Shown piece after piece: positions 58,124-64,000 of a DNA stretch of 64,000 bases. The number at the start of each line of letters is the position of its first letter. The first letter of the stretch is position 1. The stretch is taken from IMG/VR virus record IMGVR_UViG_3300033068_001655; one strand, 5' to 3'. Position numbers and translations under genes: made by a program. Below the pieces are notes generated by a model. It was not told the origin of the DNA, searched no databases, and saw only the letters and a program-made list of their open reading frames with translations. The DNA comes from a virus. Taxonomy: Duplodnaviria > Heunggongvirae > Uroviricota > Caudoviricetes.

Positions 58124-58525
58124 TTAGTTAAATAAGAATTCTAATTTTATTAAATCTTTAACTTTTGCGGTTGTTAAACCTAAATCTTCAAATTCAATCT
58201 TTTCAAATGGAAGTTCTGTTTCGATTTCCATCAATTCACTCATTTCTTTTGTGAACTCCTCAACATTTGTTATGCTTACAGTTCCTTCAATTGGATTACC
58301 ATCTTGTCCTTTAGGAATTACTGGTTTTCCTTCATCATCTTTCTCAACCCACTTATCTAAGATTTTTTTCTCCATCTTTAACTTATCTTCAACAATAGAT
58401 GATAACTCTTTAATTATTCTTGTCAATTTAAAAGCAACACCTGCTTTAATATCAAGTTCAATTAAACCATTCAATGCTGAAATTGTATCATTAGTAAGCT
58501 GTGAATTTTTAATTATAATACTCAT
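58124..58525 (-). CDS. Conserved helical phage hypothetical protein
   Basis: 133-aa ORF. Confidence 0.65.
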   Translation of the reverse strand: MSIIIKNSQLTNDTISALNGLIELDIKAGVAFKLTRIIKELSSIVEDKLKMEKKILDKWVEKDDEGKPVIPKGQDGNPIEGTVSITNVEEFTKEMSELMEIETELPFEKIEFEDLGLTTAKVKDLIKLEFLFN

Positions 58526-58549
58526 TTTTAAACTTTTATTTTTATATAA

Positions 58550-59263
58550 CTATATATCAGTTTTGTTTACTTCCTCCAATCTTTTTTTAATTATCTCAAA
58601 GTACTTTTCTTCTTTCTCAATTAAAATATACCTTCTATCTAATAGAAATGCTGCATGACCAGTTGTCCCCGTTCCTGCAAATGAATCTAAAACTACATCT
58701 CCAGGATTGGAATGTTTCTTTATTAAATCCTTCATTAGCTCTAGTGGCTTTTGAGTAGGATGTTCATATCTTTCCTTACCGTGACAAATTGGATATTTAT
58801 AAAATCCGTTATCATACTCAGAATGAAATGTCGGTTTTTTATCCTTTACGAATGTAAAGAAGTATTCAGTTGCATTTGATAAATAGTTTGTTTTTGAGTT
58901 AATTGGAACCGGGTTATTTTTAATCCAACATCCGACTCTGGGTTGTTTAAACTTAACCATTTCTGCAGTTTCTTTTAATTCATTAGATTTCCATATATCA
59001 TAAAAAACTATTAAAGTACCGCCTTTTTTTAAAACTCTATAGTATTGTTGGAAAAGTTCTTCCCAATTTAATTCTTTTTTATCCCATTCACCAAAATCAA
59101 TTGAAATGTTGTATTTAGAAGCCATCTCTTTTGATGTACTTTCGGAAATACCTTTAAATCCAGAGTTTCGAGAAATATTATATGGTGGATCTATTAAAAC
59201 TAAATCGACAGAATTACTTTCAATCTTTAATAATTCTTCGTAACAATCACCATTTATAATCAT
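58550..59263 (-). CDS. Orphan beta-class N4C/N6A DNA methyltransferase
   Basis: LIDPPY, HPTQKP, VLDSFAGTGTT (motif IV before motif I). Confidence 0.9.
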   Translation of the reverse strand: MIINGDCYEELLKIESNSVDLVLIDPPYNISRNSGFKGISESTSKEMASKYNISIDFGEWDKKELNWEELFQQYYRVLKKGGTLIVFYDIWKSNELKETAEMVKFKQPRVGCWIKNNPVPINSKTNYLSNATEYFFTFVKDKKPTFHSEYDNGFYKYPICHGKERYEHPTQKPLELMKDLIKKHSNPGDVVLDSFAGTGTTGHAAFLLDRRYILIEKEEKYFEIIKKRLEEVNKTDI

Positions 59264-59313
59264 AAAAGTATATATTAGTACTCCATGAGCCCCTAAAAAA
59301 TAATATATAACTT

Positions 59314-60078
59314 ATGATAATAGAATTTTTTAGAAGATTATTTGTAAGGAAGAAAAAAATAGACATTAAACTATTACCATCTCAAGGATTATTCTACAAA
59401 GAAGACTTTGAAGTGACTATTAGACCTGCAAGTAAAAAAGATATAGAAGATTACGAAAAAAACTATGTTAGAGATGATGTTGGTGTTGTAATCTATTACA
59501 TTAAGAAAGTAGTTGAAAGAAATATAACTTTGAGTAAAGGATATAAATATGAAGATCTTAAATCAATTGATGTTATATTTATTTTCTTGGAAATTGTTAA
59601 ACTAACAAAAGGTAGAGCAATAAATTTAGTTTTCTTTGATAAAGAAAAAGATAAAAATGAGAAAATTGAGTTTGGTACAAAAAACTTTAATTACTTTCAA
59701 TTAGGTGATTTAGTAAATTACTATGATTATAAAAATAGATGTTTTGTAGTTGATGGTTATAAATATACTTTGCCTTCTATTGGAGTTGAAAATAGTTTAA
59801 CTAACTTTTTGATTATAAAATCTGCTGAAGAAAACTCAGGAGTTTATAATACTTACTTTTATGATTTTACACACTTTGTAGGTCATAAGAACCACTTAAA
59901 ATATAGTGAAATTGAAAACCTTTTACAAATCTTTAACTTTGATATGGAGTCAGAAGAAGTAGTTAAAATCAAAAGAATTATAACAATGTTTGCACCTATA
60001 CAAAGATATTCACTAGTTAAAGATGGTAGAGTAATTGAAATGACATCTAAGATAAACCTTGAAAAAATCTGGAAATAA
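59314..60078 (+). CDS. T4 gp26-like baseplate hub assembly protein
   Basis: LLPSQGLFY...VTIRPAS..D...D...IFLEI pattern. Confidence 0.55.
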   Translation: MIIEFFRRLFVRKKKIDIKLLPSQGLFYKEDFEVTIRPASKKDIEDYEKNYVRDDVGVVIYYIKKVVERNITLSKGYKYEDLKSIDVIFIFLEIVKLTKGRAINLVFFDKEKDKNEKIEFGTKNFNYFQLGDLVNYYDYKNRCFVVDGYKYTLPSIGVENSLTNFLIIKSAEENSGVYNTYFYDFTHFVGHKNHLKYSEIENLLQIFNFDMESEEVVKIKRIITMFAPIQRYSLVKDGRVIEMTSKINLEKIWK

Positions 60079-60094
60079 TTTTAATATATAGTTT

Positions 60095-60514
60095 ATGAGA
60101 TATTTAAAATTATTTGAGAGTTTTAATGAAAATGAAATAATAGATTTTTGTGAAACATATCTAGCTTATTTGTTAGATGATACAACATTTAAGATTAGAG
60201 TATTGGATAATAGATATTGCTCTCAGGGTACTCAATATGGTGGAGGTGGTGTATCAGAAAGTTCTAATTCAGTACTTTCACTTTATAGAGAAAAAGACAC
60301 TTCTACATCAGGTATGCCACAACCAATGACATTTTACTGGAATGATATTAAAGATCGATTTATACCATTTCTAACTATGTTAGACAAGAGTTATGAAATT
60401 TTAAATATTACTTTTGCCAGTCATGTATTCTCATATAGAGATATTAAATTAGATGATATTGAAGATGGTGTTAAATTTGCAATTAGAAATATTATCATAT
60501 CAATAAAAAAATAA
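60095..60514 (+). CDS. Hypothetical protein with capsid-targeting-like N-terminus, paralog of 25711-26157
   Basis: MRYLKLFESFNE..IIDFCETYLAYLLD...WNDIKDRFIPF. Confidence 0.75.
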   Translation: MRYLKLFESFNENEIIDFCETYLAYLLDDTTFKIRVLDNRYCSQGTQYGGGGVSESSNSVLSLYREKDTSTSGMPQPMTFYWNDIKDRFIPFLTMLDKSYEILNITFASHVFSYRDIKLDDIEDGVKFAIRNIIISIKK

Positions 60515-60538
60515 AACCCACCAATTGGTGGGTTTTTA
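60514..60538. terminator. Bidirectional intrinsic terminator
   Basis: aaaacccacc-aatt-ggtgggttttt. Confidence 0.85.
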
Positions 60539-60539
60539 A

Positions 60540-61988
60540 TTAAAGTTGAATAGCTTTAATTTCATTGAAAAGAGCTTTCTTATCCATTTCCATCATCTTC
60601 ATTACGTCGAAAACTTTATCGGAAAAACCAGTCAAAGCAAATACATTGTTTTCTGGAAACTGCATTGTGCCTAGTCCGGCAAGATCCCAAGAGTAAACAT
60701 AAGGATTTGCATCATACGTTTTCTTATATTGTTTGAACTCAGTAGTTGGACTTGTGTAACCAACCCATCCTTGCATATCTGAAAGGATAACAACTCTATC
60801 ATACTTTTTATTAGCAGTTGTAAAGATAGATTTGAAGTTTGTTCCACCTCCAGAATATCTAAAACTATTTCTAATAGTCATAACAGAATCCATTGGATTG
60901 TATGACTTATAATCAGATCTTGTTGCAAATGTTAAAACATCTGCGTTGTTAGCTTTTGCTAAAATTGCACCAAATAATGAAGCAATTTCAGATGGTCTAC
61001 CACTCATAGATCCAGAAACGTCCATAACAACTAATGTATCACCATCAAACTTAGGAACATTACACATAGAAACTTCTAATGCTTGATTGATAGCAACTAA
61101 AATATCTCTAACTTCTTTTGAAGAACCCATTTTACTGATTTCTTCATATGCAGTTGCAAATCTGAATGGTAAAACTCTTGACTTAGAAATCAATCTTTCG
61201 TCTACAAGTAATTCACAAGCAACTGGAACTAACTTAGGAGCTTGGCTTATAATGTTTCTAAGGTTTCTTAAAAGAGCAAAATAACCAATCTTTCTTGATG
61301 TAAGAAGTTCTGTCCAAGCATCCGCTTTTAATTGTGCCAAATCTTCTTCATTCTCAGCAACTTGTCCTGCTTGAGAAAGTTTAGCTTCCCAAGTATCAGT
61401 GTTTTTTAATTCACCTTTAACAAGTAATTCTAAAGCAGTCTTATTTTTATCAGTTGGAACTGGGTGTACAATGTTCACTAAGTCAACTAATTTAAGATCT
61501 TTATTTTTACCAGAGTATTTTGCCAATTGGTAAGCATCAAACTTATCAAAAGCTTTAGCAAATCCTTTTTTCAAAGAGTTTGGAAACTTTGGATTGTCTT
61601 TACTTGTTTTATGCATTAAATAGTATGACATAATCTCAGTCATATCATCAACACGAACTACAACTTTGTCATAGAAGTTTTTACCTAATTCAGTACCTTT
61701 CAACTCTGATGTTAATTCACCAGCTAAAGCGTGAGTAATACTTCTCATACCAAATTTATCACGAGCATAAATTGCTGCTTTTGCTGCAAATTCTGGATCT
61801 ACTTTCTTAACTAAGTTTCTTAAATCTTTTAATGTATCATTACCAGATTTGTAAAATTGATCATTTACAAATGAAGTTAATAACATAGATACTAAAGCTA
61901 ATTCATTTGTTTGAGAATAAGCTTCTCCACCTGCTAAGTTAGTAGTTAGTGTTTTAGGTTCTTTTACTGTTGTGTTAAATTTACTCAT
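60540..61988 (-). CDS. rsr: Ro60/Rsr TROVE-domain RNA-binding protein with vWA domain
   Basis: NLAGGEAY, AAIYAR...GMR, FDAYQLAKY, DLV..VHP, TWE..LS, ALLRNLRN, SRVLPFRF; vWA DVSGSM MIDAS, GGTN, SDMQ. Confidence 0.92.
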   Translation of the reverse strand: MSKFNTTVKEPKTLTTNLAGGEAYSQTNELALVSMLLTSFVNDQFYKSGNDTLKDLRNLVKKVDPEFAAKAAIYARDKFGMRSITHALAGELTSELKGTELGKNFYDKVVVRVDDMTEIMSYYLMHKTSKDNPKFPNSLKKGFAKAFDKFDAYQLAKYSGKNKDLKLVDLVNIVHPVPTDKNKTALELLVKGELKNTDTWEAKLSQAGQVAENEEDLAQLKADAWTELLTSRKIGYFALLRNLRNIISQAPKLVPVACELLVDERLISKSRVLPFRFATAYEEISKMGSSKEVRDILVAINQALEVSMCNVPKFDGDTLVVMDVSGSMSGRPSEIASLFGAILAKANNADVLTFATRSDYKSYNPMDSVMTIRNSFRYSGGGTNFKSIFTTANKKYDRVVILSDMQGWVGYTSPTTEFKQYKKTYDANPYVYSWDLAGLGTMQFPENNVFALTGFSDKVFDVMKMMEMDKKALFNEIKAIQL

Positions 61989-62036
61989 GAGTTCTAATTA
62001 TATTTATAGTTATACTTAAAATAAGTATAAAGTTTT

Positions 62037-62195
62037 TTATATATCTTTTGTTTTATCAATTATAACTTTCTCTATAAAGGAGCTATAATTTTCTATACCA
62101 TTTTCTTCACAATACTTAACCCACATTTCATATACTCTTGGATCAACTGAAAATGATATTGTTTTCTTTTTATCCTTTTCCTTCTTTAATTTCAT
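62037..62195 (-). CDS. Ribbon-helix-helix protein, missing from the ORF track
   Basis: Manual translation MKLKKEKDKKKTISFSVDPRVYEMWVKYCEENGIENYSSFIEKVIIDKTKDI (52 aa). Confidence 0.7.
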   Translation of the reverse strand: MKLKKEKDKKKTISFSVDPRVYEMWVKYCEENGIENYSSFIEKVIIDKTKDI

Positions 62196-62333
62196 ATCTA
62201 TAAACTATTTTTTTGTTTCAATATAACATATATATTAAATCATTAAAATTGTTGAAAAATAATTAAAAAATTATTGTAAAATTATTGTTTTTGGCTTTGG
62301 TTATTTAATATATACTAAAAAGAAATAGATAAT

Positions 62334-62516
62334 ATGAAAAGAAAAGTTAAAATAAAAAAAGTGAATGCGTCGATAACTCTTGATCCGAAGGTTCTTGAAA
62401 TAGTAGATTCTAGTTTTTCAAATAGATCAAAGTTTATAGAAAACATAATTATCGAAGAGCTATGTAAAAATGAACTCTTTAAGAATGAATTAAAAAAACT
62501 AAAAATTATTATATGA
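62334..62516 (+). CDS. Ribbon-helix-helix protein
   Basis: ASITLDPKVLEIVDS.FSNRSKFIENII. ATGA overlap with the HNH gene. Confidence 0.75.
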   Translation: MKRKVKIKKVNASITLDPKVLEIVDSSFSNRSKFIENIIIEELCKNELFKNELKKLKIII

Positions 62517-63136
62517 AAGTATGTATAGAATGTAATCTTGAGTTAGATGATGTATTTTTCAAAAAATATACAAGAAAAAGATGTATAGATTGTTATAGAA
62601 ATTATTACAGAGAATATGAGAGTAAGAATAGAGAAAGAATAAGAAACAGACAAAGAGAATATCAAGCGAAAAATGTTTCAAGTTTACAAGAAAAAAGAAA
62701 AAAATATAGAGAGATAAATAAGGATAGAATAAAAGAAAATTATATAAATTTTATAAATAAAAATCCAAACTATAATACTCTATATTCTAGAAAAAGATAT
62801 AATAATGATGATTTATTCAGGCTTATTAGAAATTATAGAAATCTAATTTCACTTGCCTTTAAGAATTCAAAATTTATAAAATCTGCTAATAGTGAAGAGA
62901 TTTTGGGTTGTACATTTGAAGACTTGAAAAAATACCTGGAAAGTAAGTTTGAGCCTTGGATGACTTGGGAAAATAGAGGTCTATATAATGGTGAGTTTAA
63001 TTATGGTTGGGATATAGATCACATCATACCTATATCATCTGCTAATTCTGAAAATGATATTATAAAATTAAGCCATTATACTAATTTACAACCTCTTTGT
63101 AGTAAAATAAATAGAGAAATTAAAAGAAATAATTAA
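62513..63136 (+). CDS. HNH homing endonuclease, family copy 3
   Basis: CIEC...CIDC; WDIDHIIP...HYTNLQPLCSKINR. Confidence 0.85.
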   Translation: MKVCIECNLELDDVFFKKYTRKRCIDCYRNYYREYESKNRERIRNRQREYQAKNVSSLQEKRKKYREINKDRIKENYINFINKNPNYNTLYSRKRYNNDDLFRLIRNYRNLISLAFKNSKFIKSANSEEILGCTFEDLKKYLESKFEPWMTWENRGLYNGEFNYGWDIDHIIPISSANSENDIIKLSHYTNLQPLCSKINREIKRNN

Positions 63137-63169
63137 GACCAGAATTACTAATTAGTAACTCTGGTCTTA
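63134..63169. terminator. Hairpin between the convergent HNH gene and the ncRNA transcript
   Basis: taagaccaga...tctggtctta inverted repeat. Confidence 0.7.
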
Positions 63170-63180
63170 TTATAATTTAT

Positions 63181-63383
63181 GCAAACAAGAAAACTAGCCT
63201 AAGCGTCACAAAGAATTCTACATAAACTCTGCCGATGTTGAAGTGACATCTCACTCATGCCCTATTAAGGTGGAATCTGATACCTGACTTTCTTGCCCGA
63301 AGGGAGCAGCCGTAGCCTGACTTTGCTCGTTCATAGATATGTAATTAATGCATCGAAGTATCTTAGAACTTTACTATGTTTGC
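63181..63383 (-). ncRNA. Candidate Ro60-associated (Y-like) structured RNA A, 203 nt
   Basis: Ends pair (GCAAACA/UGUUUGC; UCUAAG/CUUAGG). GC-richer than its surroundings, cUUCGg tetraloop, no ORF. Confidence 0.65.
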
Positions 63384-63400
63384 TTTATTTTAATAATAAA

Positions 63401-63474
63401 ATCAGAGAAATTTATTAGAGAGGTTGTTTAGCGATACCAAAAATTGCGATGTAGCTCTCTAATTTACTACTGAT
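63401..63474 (-). ncRNA. Candidate Ro60-associated structured RNA B, 74 nt
   Basis: AUCAG/CUGAU and UUAGAGAG/CUCUCUAA stems with the same linker motifs as RNA A. Confidence 0.6.
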
Positions 63475-63592
63475 GTTTATGTTATAGAAAACAATTAAAA
63501 AAAGTTTAATCTATTTTTAATTATTTTTATGTATATAGTAACCTTTGAAATTTCAATTTTTTCCAAGGTGGATTTTTTACAGAAGTAATTTT

Positions 63593-64000
63593 TTAAGATG
63601 GAAGTTTCATATACCTTCTTTTATCTTTTAATAGTTTATGGTTAGTTACTGAACCTAATATAAATTTTCTTAGTCCTTTATTTTCTATATTTGTTCCATC
63701 TCCTTTATGAATTAAAATGAGTGAACTTATTGGTATCGGATCAGGGGTTGCTATAAAAACATTTTTACCTATTGGACCATTAACATCTATATACCATTTG
63801 TTAGTAATATTTTTGGTATTTATAGCCCATACATCCCAATCATATCCTGCGTCAAACCATTCTTCAGGTTCTTTGGTATTAGCGGCGAAAACAGCTTTAA
63901 CTTTTTCATTTCCGTATGCATTAGCCCAGTTACCTCCAGTTGGAAGTATTCCATTAGATTGTATAAAATCTCTAAATTTAGGATCAGCTATATGATAAAC
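63593..64000 (-). CDS. Partial ORF (runs off the window end), ART/Tpt1-like fold candidate
   Basis: Manual translation VYHIADPKFRDFIQSNGILPTGG...KAVFAA...DVWAIN...IPISSL...MKLPS*. The YH...I...GIxP pattern is ART-like. Confidence 0.5.
   Translation of the reverse strand, partial: VYHIADPKFRDFIQSNGILPTGGNWANAYGNEKVKAVFAANTKEPEEWFDAGYDWDVWAINTKNITNKWYIDVNGPIGKNVFIATPDPIPISSLILIHKGDGTNIENKGLRKFILGSVTNHKLLKDKRRYMKLPS

Noticed and set aside
63541-63590. Imperfect hairpin with TTACTTCTG as a third Ro60-associated RNA
   Set aside because: It has only a partial UACUUC match, lacks the UAGUAAA/UUUCU closing stems, and overlaps the probable promoter region.
63717-63995. 92-aa plus-strand ORF
   Set aside because: It is the antisense shadow of the open minus-strand frame 63593->64000, which has better protein-like composition and matches the orientation of the locus.
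1-64000. Alternative genetic code (stop reassignment, as in some large phages)
   Set aside because: Long ORFs are intact under code 11, and TAG and TGA end genes at tight overlaps with the next start.

Overview
This AT-rich window looks like part of a large lytic T4-related (jumbo/huge) phage genome in the standard genetic code. It has no rRNA, tRNA or CRISPR array. The host is most likely Bacteroidota: TAnnTTTG host-type promoters precede early genes, leaders are A-rich without Shine-Dalgarno sites, and there is an Hc1-like gene. Layout: (1) 1-20.2 kb, minus-strand virion/tail module (Gly-Ser/Thr collagen-like protein, LamG proteins, a 1939-aa BNR/P-domain/Trp-pentapeptide protein). (2) 20-45 kb, accessory/metabolic region (PhoH, M28 peptidase, N6-MTase plus Mrr-like/SF2 helicase, two Nudix, minimal ligase, nucleotidyltransferase, macro-like, SLOG, phosphoesterase, UvsX/RecA, RuvC-like). 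(3) 45-51.7 kb, proteins with a shared N-terminal motif, including ART-like, ankyrin and ferritin-like proteins. (4) 51.7-60 kb, more structural genes, an orphan MTase and a gp26-like gene. (5) 60.5-64 kb, a Ro60/TROVE gene with two upstream structured ncRNAs that share one closing-stem motif. Seven free-standing endonucleases are scattered through the window. Strongest leads: the phage Ro60 + paired ncRNA module; about 17 proteins with a T4 capsid-targeting-like N-terminus (candidate injected cargo); about 9 small proteins sharing an R-x-x-K-[LI]-x-x-L tag, one of which resembles a major-capsid fragment; and a recurrent divergent-RHH + endonuclease cassette. All family calls are by eye, not from database searches.
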